A DNA stretch of 61,561 nucleotides, the filler included, from Circinaria calcarea (taxonomy: Eukaryota), in NCBI GenBank assembly GCA_051942165.1. It is 17 parts of 17 records of this genome, joined end to end, with 100 filler letters (N's around TTAATTAATTAA, not from the genome) between each part and the next. Parts side by side here need not be neighbours in the genome. Positions count along the whole stretch, not along the records: positions 21,814 to 25,344 come from JAVECS010002769.1; positions 25,445 to 28,971 come from JAVECS010002770.1; positions 29,072 to 32,597 come from JAVECS010002771.1; positions 32,698 to 36,222 come from JAVECS010002772.1; positions 36,323 to 39,846 come from JAVECS010002773.1; 12 more parts are not named here. The stretch is one strand, 5' to 3'. A program made the position numbers and the translations under genes. Positions 24,025 to 36,908 of this stretch are shown piece by piece. Below the pieces are notes generated by a model. The model was not told where the DNA came from and made no database searches. It saw only the letters and a program-made list of their open reading frames with translations. Position 1 is the first letter of the stretch. Every line of letters starts with the position of its first letter.

Positions 24025-25116
24025 AGAACGTTATCTGCTGGTTACTTTGGATATGTCTATCTGTTTTATTCGATTAAAAAGCGCTTTCCTCGTGTCTGGG
24101 GTAGGATGGATTGGGCAGAGAGGATGCATGCATGGGAAAGGCTAGGGAAATCATAAAGAGTCGGAAATGGATCGGGGTGTATTCTTGTACCAAGGATCTG
24201 TACCGGGGCCAAGGCTCATTGTGCCATCCAAGGCGTTTAGGGTTAGGGCTTGGGCATCCAAGGACGGTACAGAAGCCTTTCGTTTGCATGCGGAGCGGTT
24301 TTCATCCCAGGAGCTTTGTGAGAGTGTGTACATATAGCATTAGCATAGGATAGAATTAGGGGAGCAGACCGATTCATTCCACGTTCTTCTCATATCCAAT
24401 ATGTGACTGACAAAGTAGCTTTCCCCGTAGTTACGCTTCTATTCATTTGTAATAGGCTTGTGGGACCTTGAGTTCCGGAAGGTCATCGCAATTCTCGGGG
24501 CATTTCCCATGGGATCAGCTACGGTCGCCGGCTGTTACCATAGTTAGGCACCCGGTGTGGCGGTGATTCCCCTCAAATGAGACACAGGCGCTAACCTCGA
24601 TCCGGGTAAAAGGAAATTCTGGGTTTTTTTGTTAAACCACCACAGTGAGAGACTTTCTGAGAGGAACAACTCATGCTGTCGTCACACTACAGGACTCCTC
24701 TACAGCTGCAAGAAATGGCAGTGAACAGTGTATCCTCGTTGTCAGTTTGTGTGGGCTCTGCTTGTTTGGAGGAAGGAGTATGGAGCTGACAGAGTCATAC
24801 GATGGATGACCCATTTTGACATTTACCTTTAGACTAACTATCACGAAATCATGTATCGTCATTATTGCCCATTCTCTTTGGTTCTAACTATTTATATTCT
24901 GCTGTCACTGAGACAAATCCACTCGCTATTCTTACAAAGGGCTGCTACCCTTTCTTTCCTCTTGGGCATCCTGCCTTCCTTTTCTAGTTCTCCGTTCTTT
25001 GTTTCAACGTCAAAACCGTCGTTCCCGGACTAGTTCAGCTTGTGGGCGCCTAGTACTATTAATTAACTTATCACTTAGGTCAGGGGAGTCGAGACCCAAG
25101 GCTCATTAACTCAATC

Positions 25117-25344
25117 ATGGGCTTGAACCGTGAAGAGCTTCGAAGCTGGTCTCGTTATGTTCGTGATGTAGTAGCAGGACTTGTTGCCAGTGGCGGGGAG
25201 AAAAACGTTAGTCCTGTCAGTATCGACGATGTGGACGGTTTCCTGGCGGAGCTGAAGAACACGGTCATGGATATCGAAACGCTAAGATACTCAAAAGTCC
25301 ATACCGCCTTGATGGAGATATCCGCTCCAGATAGTGGATGGTCG
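25117..25344 (+). CDS. 5' fragment of a helical-domain protein (resembles the N-terminus of fungal SRA/YDG proteins)
   Basis: MGLNREELRSWSRYVRD...FLAELKNTVMDIETLRYSKVHTALMEI..GW is open to the contig end. The family resemblance is from memory only. Confidence 0.45.
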
Positions 25345-25444
25345 NNNNNNNNNNNNNNNNNNNNNNNNNNNNNNNNNNNNNNNNNNNNTTAATTAATTAA
25401 NNNNNNNNNNNNNNNNNNNNNNNNNNNNNNNNNNNNNNNNNNNN

Positions 25445-26050
25445 CCTCCACAAACGCGTCACCCGCATCGCTCACAACTGCCCCCCTTCCCCCCATCAAC
25501 CCACCTCCGCGAATCGAGCTGCTCTCGCGCCACATCCCCGCAAGCCCTATGCCCATGCTCTGTCGGAATAACACGTACCCCTACCAGGAAAGTCTGGCTC
25601 GGCGACCGCTGCCTTGCCCCAACGAAATCTACATCGACACCACACCTCCCCAGCACGACCACTTCACGCTCGGCATACTGCCCCACGCGACGACGACGAC
25701 TACCTGGAAACGGCAGGGATCCTGGCCGGCGCAAACGGGCACGGCGGCCCGCAGCATCGTTTGTGCAGTTTGAGATGCAGACGGGGCGGCGGTATGCTCT
25801 CGGCGCTCTTTTGGTCACGAGTTCCGGATGGGTCGAGGACGGTGAACAGTTCGAGTCTGAGCGTACAGACATTGGGATTGGATGGGAGGTTCCAGCCGCT
25901 GGGGTATCGGACATTGAAGGGGGGGGAGAAGGGAAGAGCAATGGATGTGGGGAGGTTGGCGTGGTTCCGGTGCCGCTGGGGACGAGGAGGTTGAGTGTGC
26001 AAGCGGTAAGAGAAGGGGGTGTGCTGGTCTTGGCGAGCTTAAAGCTTTAA
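25445..26050 (+). pseudogene. Frameshifted paralog of the secreted Cys-rich protein at 33500-34378
   Basis: Successive frames give LHKRVTRIAHNCPP, ESSCSRATSPQA, CPNEIYIDT, SAYCP, DDDYLE and GRRYALGALL. These match RKRAASRIINQCPP, YSHCNRGLSPQS, CHPTEFCVD, TAFCISTNDFV and GQKVYAVEAIL in the same order. Confidence 0.7.
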
Positions 26051-28467
26051 TACTGTCTTGGGCTGGGGGAGGCGGGGGGAGAGGATATGTACGTATGCAT
26101 ACATTGTAAACAGGGAAGATATCCATGTCACTTTCGTATGGTAGATTTTCGTATGGTAGATCTATTACGAGAAAGGAATGCGGGCTCATGAGGATAAAGT
26201 CGCGAAAGCTCACTGCTCGCTATATCACCACAAGTAAATTTTTTGACCATCAGGTTGAAATTCAAAGGACGCAAACAAGCTGTCTTTTGGGAGAAACTCG
26301 AACAGGAGAGATTTTGTTTGTACCTTTGGCTCATGACGGCCTATCTGGAAGAAGATCGGAGGACTGGTGGTAAGCTTCCCTCTCGCATCTTTTCCCCGGT
26401 GGATAAATCTTATTAGTTTTCTTCGGAGATGTTCGAACAAAGAAGCATAGGACAGGACACTATCTCCAGTATATTAACAGCTAATAACAAAATATTGCAT
26501 CTAAACACACTCTAGCTAAGTAAACTATTGGATTATATAACCGTAGGTGTGCATGAGCTAAATCGAAAGGACAAATGATGACGAAAATGAACTTCGTTTA
26601 AGCCACATTTGAATGGGAAAGTTAATACCATCATACCTCTTCTCGCTTATGCAAGCCTACACATGGAGGCCAAGTTGAGAATAAGATGGGAGATAGCTGA
26701 ACTGAATTGGCGGACGATGAATGAGGAAGGTACCTGCATTAGCACGGTTCAAGGACGTACCAATAGAAAAATTTATTGGAAACCGTAGGGCTCACCGAGT
26801 TGCCGTGTTATGGTAACACGAGGTCCATGCTCAACACTTCCTACACATCTTATAAAAGCGCTTTTCCGCTGTACGCTGTTTAGATAGTTACACCACTTAA
26901 TAGCAATCCATGCATGGCACCGCACATGCTGCTCAACAGAATTAAGTGACTGCCTCGGATCTGCTCGGAGTGAGCAATGAATTGAAATATTTCCTCTGTG
27001 TGGTAGAGTCTGCTTAGATTCTGAGGCTAAAAGCACAAAGCTCACACCCAATATTTCGGGTTCACTGATTTGCGGATGCAAGCTGCTCTTTTTCGTGCAC
27101 TGCAAGTACTTCATGATTCGAAGTGCACGTTCAAAGATCCCTGGCGTGTAAGCAGAGGGTGACCCACAGATGTTTTGGTGGAGAGGCATAATCCAAATCG
27201 GTCACTCTATTGCGTCAAATGCGAGTGGGATGAACCAACAATATCGTCATAGCATCTTGCATCAAAACATCGTCGCATGGCTAGCAGTGTGTTGCGATAG
27301 ACTAACTTCTGGTCTGGCTCCTTCTGTGCCTTGGAGAAGATTGAGTGGTTGAGAGCCTCGAACCCTTCCATACTTCGACAATATCCGTGCTTAGTGTTTC
27401 CACGTTTCGTGCATAGCTCGACACCGAGATGTGAGCTTTGTCAGAAGACTATCGTTACCCGTTCCCAGTACTTCGAGCTTTGTCTCGACAACCCTCTCGT
27501 TAGGCCCTTCGATAATCGGTAGCCATTTTCGTCTCTAAACATTTGGCCAACGTCACACCTACTAGTGATAACGAACGCCATTAATAGCATAATGTCAGGG
27601 CCATCTTTGTCGTCTTGACTGTCAGTATCCTCTGCTGCACTAGCACGTCATAACAGTTGCAAGACTAACGAAATGCCAACGACACTTGCGTAGATTGTGG
27701 CAATCCTGTAGCCACAGCCAATACTGCTCTTGTGGTCCATGATTGAAGTAATTATGGAATAATAAACAGGGAAACACCGTTTAAAACACCTCACCGGAGC
27801 ATTTGCCAAGAAAAAAGATGGTGATATTCTAGTAGTGGCATGCCATGGGACGTAGGAGCAATCAGTCAGTTCCGTGCTCCGGCAACAAAAACACACAAGT
27901 CCCAAAACATTCTGCGAAAGCAAGCAAAACTCGATCAGAAAGTCCAGGGATCTGGGGTTGAGGTATATCATCCGCTCAAAATGAATACTTGGAATAGGTT
28001 CAGAAAAAGGTTTGACCGGAGAGAAGGAATTAGAGGTTGCCTTCCGTAAAGAGTCTCGAGCGGGGAAATGTTGAAGAAGCATAGACGGGGGTTGCGACAA
28101 AGGGCAAGGCGAGGTCGAATTTCTTTGCAGAGGGAACGGTTATGCTCTACCTAGTTGCCTTCGTTATGTGCCCTATTATCGCATTACGGGTATATATTTC
28201 TATTGCTAATCTATGCCTAGAGGAACGTCTTGACCTTCCGACACAAGAACGCCTAGGTGCAGCAAACTGCGCTTTTATGCCTTGATGTGGACGCCAAAGG
28301 CAGGGCACAGGTGGGTGGAAGAATTAGCTGGTAGTGGCGTACGGGGTTCATGATTAACAATCAAAGAGCCAAGTGTGCGGATTCGCAGGAAGACGATGAA
28401 GGATTATCTAAGTGTCTCCGCCCTGTTCCAAGGAACCCAGACCCATAGAAATCATGCAACTTACGCT

Positions 28468-28971
28468 TTATGTTGACGTTTGCATGATGTCTGAAATGCT
28501 GCTAGCCGCCGTGGTTGCGAAATACCTCACATCCACATCTTCGTCCTGCTGCAACTTTTCAAGGTTGGGAAGTATTTGCTGCTGTATGAGTTCATGGCTT
28601 TTCGATGAGGGACCACCGGAATACCCCGACTTTTCCATTGATAGAATTGTCCCTTCGGCAGGTAAGCGCTTGAGGACTTCGATGAGGACCGCGTAGGATT
28701 TAGCAACATTGAACCGAATGTTTGGGATATCGTCCGCAACCAGCCTATCCATCATTGGTAGGATCGACGTTTCAATAACCTCCAGATTTATTGCAGGTGC
28801 CAAGGTCTATCGTTCATTAGCTAGGAAGAGCATTAAACGTAGGTTACTAACAGATATTGCGAAGCATGTGGTCATTCTATATAGGTAGTTTGGATGTTGG
28901 CCCATCGCCATAACCTTGGGAATGATTGCCTCGCTTGCCCATTCCACTCCGAATACCTCGGTGAGCTTCTT
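28468..28971 (-). CDS. TPD3: Protein phosphatase 2A scaffold (A) subunit, C-terminal HEAT repeats; intron 28807-28851
   Basis: [41 protein letters not shown]...[14 protein letters not shown]...[14 protein letters not shown] is the diagnostic PP2A-A C-terminus. Confidence 0.95.
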
Positions 28972-29467
28972 NNNNNNNNNNNNNNNNNNNNNNNNNNNNN
29001 NNNNNNNNNNNNNNNTTAATTAATTAANNNNNNNNNNNNNNNNNNNNNNNNNNNNNNNNNNNNNNNNNNNNGAGCGTTCATTCGTGTTAGGTTAGAGAAG
29101 ATGATGATGCGAGGTGAGGGAAGGAGGGAAAGGTAGTATGGTAGATAAGCAGGGAGGGTAGTAGCTGGATTATGGGTTTTTTTAGGTTTTTAGGGTTGGG
29201 AAAACCTTTGGAGGTGCACATGTTGTTGTTGTTGTTTTGGTGGGGGAAAGAGACGGATTAGAGGGTACAGCGAGCTAGTCTAGCGAGCTAGAAATTTTCA
29301 ATAGGTACGTTCCGTGGTCTCCCTGATGCCTAGGTAATTTCGAATTCGGAAAACGCCGCTGTATCTATCCATGCCCCGTATCCCATATCCCATATCCCAT
29401 ATGCCAAGCCCCATCATACCGCCCTGCTAGCGAGAAACAAGGAAAAGAGGGAACGAGGGTCAAAGAA

Positions 29468-30766
29468 TCAATCCTCTTCCACCTCCTCCACCCTCGCTGT
29501 AAGGTTTCGCTTCTTGGTTTCGCTGTTTTCCGCCGCCGTGATGGGAGCGGAGGGCGTTTGGCCGTCTGAGGTCGTGGGGGCAGCAGAAGTCGAAGATTTC
29601 TTGGCGGATTTGGATTTCTTCTTCTTTTCCTGTAAAGGGGGAAGAGGGAGGGAAGGTCAGTTTGTTTATTCCGTATCGATGGGTTGGGGGAAATAGGTGG
29701 TAAGTGGTAGACTCACCTCCTGCCAGCCCCAAACCGGCCGGAAACTGTCAAAGAAGCCCACGTCCTCGAACAGATTCGGATACAGCCATAGTCCCGGCGG
29801 TACTGTGAATACAGTCGCCAGAAACAACAGCAACCGGAAAATGGCCATGAGGAAGAATAAGCCAATCAGGCCCAGCATCCCCATACTCAAATACCATACC
29901 CCGATCCGCAGTTTAATCGGCCACAAGGGGAACATGACAACCGCCATAATGGCCGCTAGCGCACCGCCCGCATACAATTTCGTCTTCCACTGCGGCCCGT
30001 CGTAGAGCCAGACGTAGTGCAAGTCCGGCAGGATGTCCTGTTGCTGCTCGATGCGCACGGTCCAGAGGCCCTTGGTGCGCTTGGCGGGTTTGGGGGGCGG
30101 CGCGTGATTATGACCCTCGTGGGGATCGCTTTTGGAGACGCGCAGGGCGAGGAGGGAGAGCGGGAGGAGTTTGAAGATTTCGGTGGCAGGGAAGGAGGGG
30201 TTGACAGCAGGGAGCAGGGAGTTTTTCTTCGTGGAGGCGGCGGTGTAGGCGGGGGACTCGATGGCGCGGAGGGCGCGTTTCACTACAGTTAGGAAAGGGT
30301 TTAATCCTTGGGATGGGAGAGAAGATGGGTGAATGAGGACGGAAGGGATCTTACCTCTGAACATGTCTTTCCGCTGCCCGTTGAGAATACACGTCCTCGG
30401 TTTTAGGTCTTGGCCTTTCAACCATTTCGCCAAAGCCAACGCTCTCGGATCCGGTGCGCCTGGATTGATGGGCACTTGCTGCCCTTGCTGTGGTTGCCCT
30501 TGATCCTGCTGTCCGGCGGCTGCTTGTTGTTGCGCGAGCTGCTGCTGTCGCTGATGGTCCTGGAAGGCTCGCTGCTTCAGTTGATTGATGTACTGGTCGA
30601 AGCTCAAGCCCGCTTTCTTCGCATCGGCTTCTAATTGTTGCCGCTGCCATTGCTGGAACTGCTGGGGTGTCATGCCTCGTTTTTGCGCTTCGGCGGCCAT
30701 TTGCTGTTGCATCGCTGCGATTTGCTGTGGGGTGGGTTGTTGCCCTTGAGCGGGAGGAGCGGCCAT
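29468..30766 (-). CDS. SEC62: Translocation protein Sec62; introns 30283-30354 and 29630-29716
   Basis: Q-rich N-terminus, LKPRTCILNGQRKDMFR|VKRALRA, HYVWLY, FPLWP..RIGVWYLSMG, GLWLYPNLFEDVGFFDSFRP. The spliced tail ends VEEVEED*. Confidence 0.95.
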
Positions 30767-32038
30767 GGTCGGAGTGGTTCCGTAGAGTGTGAAGTCGTTA
30801 TTCAAGTACTGATCTGTTTGGATTTGTAGGACGCTACTAATGAAGCCACGATCTTCTTATGCTTCCATGTAACTAACATGTGGCCAAAGAAAGGGAGGCA
30901 GGGATCGCCGCGTTTGCAATAGGCCGGGCGGAATTAGGCGCCAATGGCAGAACTGTTCTCACCGCCCTACGGAGTTTACTGGATAACTGTAACGGCAAGC
31001 CTCCACCAACGTTGTTACATGGATGTACATGAAAGTTTTTACACGGTCGAGGAAGAAGGGACCCATTCAACGTTAATACACTAGGCCTAAGATATCCTCG
31101 ACCCAACTCTCTTTAGCATAAGAGGGAGCATGCTTCTTTGCGGATGGGTTGGCGTACCATGCTGCCGGACACGTATCAGGGATGAATGAGGCCACACCAA
31201 GCTTACAAGGTCGCTATTCATGACTGTAGGTTCGGTGTATAGGGAAAACTTCTGATTGACTCATGCCTCCGTACCTAACTCGGAATGTCCACGGCTGAAT
31301 GGCTGCAAATGTCATCAATGTCGATATAGCAGGACCCGGAAAATCAGTCCCTTTCCATCCTCCGCAGTGATAATGATACAGCCGGGTATCATTGTGTGAT
31401 GTAGAGCACAGGCACGTAGCCCTAGCTGCAGTCACAAACCGTCCAACATGTTCTGTTATCGTAAATTGCATGAGCCGGATAAGCTGCCGGGTTTGAGGGT
31501 GGTAACAGTGAGGTAGAGTCCGGCTTGAAAGCTGTGGAGTATCTCCTTTAGATGGGGGGATTCCCTCCGGTAGTCTTGCTGGGAAGGTCTTGTAGCGTAG
31601 GGCTGTACGGGGTAATGTAATTGAGTAATCTATCCTCGCTGGCCATGAGTAATAAATGATCTCCTATCTTCCGTATCACTGATGTATTCTTTGTGGCCTA
31701 CACGGCCGGCGACAGTTGAATTGGCTCAATGATGGGTGTTGAGCCTCACAAGAGCCAAGTCACTGATGCAACCGCAGGCGCGATCGCGTGTCTTGAAGCT
31801 GCAGTGACGCAAAGGTCATCTATTCTTATTCTCTTGGAGCCGAAAACTACTGACATCTCCCTTGCGAACCTTAGAAAACGTCATTCATTCTCCATGGCAG
31901 CGTAATAATTCCCCGCTATTGATTTCTGTTATTGTTTATTCACCTACCCGAGTTCATTCACCAGATTGTATCTACTGTGATCATGATCGCGTCCTTCAAG
32001 GTTGAAGCCTTGACTGTCTAGCAAATTCATCCCTCGTA

Positions 32039-32597
32039 ATGCAGTCGCCCTACCCTCCAGCTTCGGCTCCATTGCCGAGCAAAAGGCTTATTGAATGTTG
32101 CGACGGTATGCGCTCAAGATCCTGTCGAGGTTATCGGCCCAAATTCTGATGGTTTTACTTCAGGAACCTGGCTGGATTCAGATAATGGTCTTCGGAACGG
32201 TAAACTCCCAGTCGAGAGCAATGTGACCCGTCTTAGCAGAGCTATCAAACCCAAGAGCCTGGATCAAGTGCCACAGGTGGTTTACTACCAGGGAGGTGTC
32301 GGGAGCGATGGGGGTATCATCGATCGTATCCTCGGCGGAGCGACTGCCCAGGGTATATCAGACAACATCCGAGAAGGTTACGAATTCATCGCCACCAACT
32401 ACGCTCGAGGCGATGAGATTTACCTGGTCGGCTTCTCGCGCGGCGCCTTTACAGCTAGGAGCATTGCCGCAATGATAGGAGGGGTAGGCCTGCTAACCAA
32501 AGATGGGCTGCCTTACCTTGCAGAAGTCTTTGAGGATTTTGAGCATCGCACGAACCCGCACTACGTCCCTGCCAATCCTGACATCCCTTTCCGGGAC
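32039..32597 (+). CDS. DUF2235 (Tle1 phospholipase-like) alpha/beta hydrolase, 3' truncated; intron 32106-32163
   Basis: KRLIECCD|GTW, SNVTRL, QVVYYQGGVG, NIREGYEFIATNY..GDEIYLVGFSRGAFTAR. Confidence 0.92.
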
Positions 32598-33499
32598 NNN
32601 NNNNNNNNNNNNNNNNNNNNNNNNNNNNNNNNNNNNNNNNNTTAATTAATTAANNNNNNNNNNNNNNNNNNNNNNNNNNNNNNNNNNNNNNNNNNNNTCC
32701 TATCTGCAGGAATTCCATCCCGCCATGGTCGGTCTAACCGGCACGTGGGAACAGATCAAAGCTGTGTGTAAGCTTTATCGGGTATATTTCTCCACACCTG
32801 AAGGGGTGAAGCCAGGAATGGACTATTTGGTTGACCACAGTATATACTTTTACTTGATGGGTTAGTCTCCTTGTATTTTCTTGAGAAAGCAAATTGCGGC
32901 TACCCTGGACACTGTGGGGCGACGTAGAGTTGGGTTGGTGTATGGCCGTCGGCTGGCTAATCAAAATGATAACAGATCCAGAAGGCGATTTCGTTGAAGC
33001 AATTGGAAGGCAGCATACAGCCGAGCAAGCGGCCAAGATTATTACGGATCATATGATGGATTGGAAGAGGAGTGGGAAGACCTCCCTATGACCTGCGTTT
33101 GTTCGACTTGAGGGAGGGTTCGCTTCTAAATCTAGGAACTTTCCAACGTTATTCAAAGATACTGTTCCAGGTTGATAATGGCGGAGATGGCCAGGTCCTG
33201 CACCGATGGAATTTGCGCAAACTTTCAAGCCTAAACCCGGTCCGATGCAATGCGGAATGTAGATTGATCTCAAGCGCTGGGGCTGTCGGTTGTAAAACGA
33301 GGTGGGTGTTACAAGTCATCAGTTACTCTGCGTTTTAAGAAAAATCGAGATGGCGCATAAGCACCCCCGAACTGCGATGAAAACATCCAACGTTTCATGC
33401 AATAGTATCTGTGCACCAGCAATATTGTAAAAGCGTGTGATGCTGCTCATCTTAAGACTTACACCGATACATGTATCATAGTTTTGATGATTCTATAAT

Positions 33500-34378
33500 A
33501 TGCTTTACTCCATCCTGCACACTATTTTCGTTGTCATTTCTTTTGTCCAAGTAACCATAATAGCTGCCAAAGCTGATGTTACCAAGCCTGTCCACGATGA
33601 AGTGCCTTTCAATGATTCAAAGTAAGTACCCAAGGTTCCAATCTTGGGAGACGACTCAAAACTGACTGTAAACGGTACCAGCCTTCCCGCATCTCTTTTT
33701 AAATTCACCCTCACAGACTCAACCGGCGAGGATATCTCCAGCAACGTAACCATCCTCCACAATTACCGCAATCTCCCCTCCCCGACAACCCGCAAAAGAG
33801 CAGCTTCCCGCATAATCAACCAATGCCCCCCACAATACCGGTTCGCATACTCCCACTGCAACCGCGGCCTCAGTCCCCAGTCGTACGCCGGCTACTGTAG
33901 GGGTCCACAAGGTTTCAACCTAAACAACTTCCGCGGCAGCTGTCACCCCACCGAGTTTTGCGTCGATCCCGGCAAGCAAGCAAGCCTCTACAAGACTGCC
34001 TTTTGCATCAGCACAAATGATTTCGTCGTCCTTGCCAGGAATGAGATGGAGCGTTCCATGGCAGCAGGTGCGGGGCAGTTGGGTATTCCACCCACGGGTC
34101 AGAAGGTCTACGCGGTCGAAGCGATCCTAACGGGCCTGGACCCGCATCGCTCAGTGATTGCGCAGAGCATGAGAATCCAGGCAATGAGGTATGGCACGTT
34201 TCATGGCGGGCCGGCGTGGCTGCCTGTGCGGGGAGGCGACAGCCACTGCAAGGGCTGTGCGAGCACTGGTATGGTTGAGGTTCCGGATGGGACGGAGAGG
34301 TTTGAAGTTTATGTTGTTTTGGGAGCCAGGATGGTGGTAGGAGGGGCCATGTTGTGGATAACTGCGTTCAAGCCTTGA
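33500..34378 (+). CDS. Secreted Cys-rich protein with a Kex2 site, about 272 aa; intron 33622-33681
   Basis: Signal peptide MLYSILHTIFVVISFVQVTIIAA. A GTAAGT..CTGAC..CAG intron removes the in-frame TAA and keeps frame (DSN LPASLF). The pro-region ends TRKR and the mature part has 8 Cys. Confidence 0.8.
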
Positions 34379-35689
34379 AGTTTGGGTTCTTTTGAAACGG
34401 TCAACGGTCGACCGTCCCCGGGGGCATGGCTTCTTCGTTGATCTTTGGATTCTAGAAGAAGATGGGGGCCTTTAATAGCGGGCACAGGGGAATTTTGTAC
34501 TGTTCCTTAGCCAATAAGATTCTCATCGACGAGCGGTGGATGGGTGAACGGCGAGACTTTATATAGCTAGGGCTTAGATTTAGGCCTTGGGGCTTCAAGG
34601 TACGGGGCAGACTGTAGAGGGGATTATCGATCCGTGATTGCAACGCAAGGTGGAAATCCACCCGCATTAAAAACTGTGGCAAAGTACTGCAAATTCAACT
34701 GATCAAATACCTACCGTACCCATTCCGGCACCACCGAAACCGCCCCATTTCCTTCTTCCATCCCCTCCTTATTTACTTTGTACATTTTCAACAGAGAAAT
34801 TTACCAAAACCCTTGGTGCCTTTTGGATCGGATTCACCCCCCCCGCCCCCGGGCCTTGTATATAAGTATTTTCAAGAAGGCTGAGAATGGAATTTAGACT
34901 AAATAAGTTATATAACCAAGTTGATATGGGGTTTTGCTCGGTGTGCGAAGGGTTTGAGTGGGCGGGTTTTTTTGGGTGGTTGTAAGCATGGGTAATTTGT
35001 ACGGTATGGGGTGGGGTTTTCATGGGGGATTTTTTTATTAAGATGGGATGGTGCTGAGTAAGGTCCCTACGGTTCTGATGGGATGAGTATGAGCTTGATG
35101 CGGTGGGCTTTAGTTTGGTTGATGGGGAGAAGGGGTCGGGTTTTTCTCGTAACTATGTGCTTTTCGGGCGTTTGGGGCTACTGTGTACCTCTACTCCTTT
35201 GACTTGGGGTGCGGCAGAACAGGAGACTCAAACTCGTTTGCACTGCTGTGGAGCGTAATTATATTCAATTGACGGCCACGATCTTCACGACTGGACCCTG
35301 GAACCAGCCAACGAATCGTTGTTTCACTGCGTTGCCGACATGGTTTTCCGGGGCGATGCTGTTGCTTGCTTCACGTTGTTGCTTATCAGTTTACTCGTTG
35401 TGCAGTTGCGGGTGCGATTGGGCTCTCTTTGGTTCTTCTCCTCCACATGTAACCTGTGCTTGACAGCCGTGAATATGGAAAACTCCGTATTTCAACGAAT
35501 TGGGGTTTGAATGATGGGACCGGAAAAGTTTCTGGACGGGGTCGTTGAAGAATTAACGAACCTCTATCTTTACCAGAGATCCCTAAACAATGCCGCACCC
35601 GGTCCGATGCCGCATTTTTGTAATGACGCACCCCGCAGGGCTGTGCCAAGAGGTCTGGGCAGTACGCAAACCAGGGGTATTACTGGTAC

Positions 35690-35761
35690 TGGACGTCAGG
35701 GACGCCCTGGACGTACTGGACGTCGTTACGTCCACTACGTCCACGACGTCCACTACGTCCA
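35690..35761. repeat. Palindromic 9-bp minisatellite: four TGGACGTnn-like units facing four nnACGTCCA units
   Basis: tggacgtca gggacgccc tggacgtac tggacgtcg | ttacgtcca ctacgtcca cgacgtcca ctacgtcca. Confidence 0.85.
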
Positions 35762-35989
35762 CCCCTTTTGGGATGTTTCGTGTAACCTCAGAGGATCTAT
35801 ATAGTCTCAGTCCTTTCCGTAACATTTGACCTGTGTGGTCAAGACCTTACAAGTGTAGCAATATACTTCTATTGTCACTCATTACTTGCCAAGTGATTGG
35901 TATAGAACCTTAGTGCATATTACAGAGTCCCCGCCTTATACCAGTGACTAGCATTGCCTTCGCTTAAGAAGCTTAGGGACATAACACCG

Positions 35990-36222
35990 GTAATATACTT
36001 TTTAATTTTAACTTTTAATAATAATATTTTTAAGGCCGAAAAATATTAAGAATATAAAATAAACTTTTTATTTATATTACGGGTATAGCTGGACCGGAAA
36101 GAATAAACGTTTTTTTTTTAAAAAAATTTCCGTAAGAATTAAATAAAGGCGCTAGCTAGGCACGCGGATCCACGGGGGGTATAATAAAATACACCTCGTT
36201 TCTGCGAAATATTTATAGTTTA
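35990..36222. repeat. AT-rich, RIP-like degraded repeat at contig edge
   Basis: Abrupt AT-rich, TpA-rich tract with retained CG/GGCC remnants. Confidence 0.55.
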
Positions 36223-36908
36223 NNNNNNNNNNNNNNNNNNNNNNNNNNNNNNNNNNNNNNNNNNNNTTAATTAATTAANNNNNNNNNNNNNNNNNNNNNN
36301 NNNNNNNNNNNNNNNNNNNNNNCGAAGGAGGTGGGGGTAGAGGTACGGGAACGAGTGCCGAGGATGCGATTGAGCTTTGACTTGGACCTTTGACTTGGAG
36401 CTTTAACTTGGAGCTTTTCATTCGCTCGAATTCGAGTTTGCGGGGGATTGGGAGCACGGGGCAGGGGATTGTAAACTCGTGGCACATTAGTGGGTGTTTT
36501 GGCCTGGTGTGTGCATGTTGTAAGCAACTGGCGCCTCGGGCTCTTCCTTTAGGAGATGGGAAGGGGGAAAGGGGGTACCGGGGTTGGATTAGGGTTAGAT
36601 ATTCTCCGGGTTTACCCTGACTCCTCATCTCTAAAACAAAAACCAAAGAAGACATTTGTTAGAAAGTGAATTTGGCCAAAAAAGTCTTTTTGACGAGAGA
36701 ATTTTGTGTTCGAAAATGACCTAAGAACGGAGTCCATAGGTAGATTCCTCCCTTGATCAGCCACAAGTACTCTATGTCTGTGTTGACCCCTGTATCATCA
36801 TGTGTCTCCCACACTATAGATCCTCGGAATAGCTGAATTACAGCATGTTGCCATACGTACAATTGAATGGTGTGATATCTACTTCGTCAAAGTCCGTCAA
36901 AAGCAAAT

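Noticed and set aside
24236..24253. TTAGGG telomere-like repeats
   Set aside because: Only two perfect units, internal to a contig; expected by chance.
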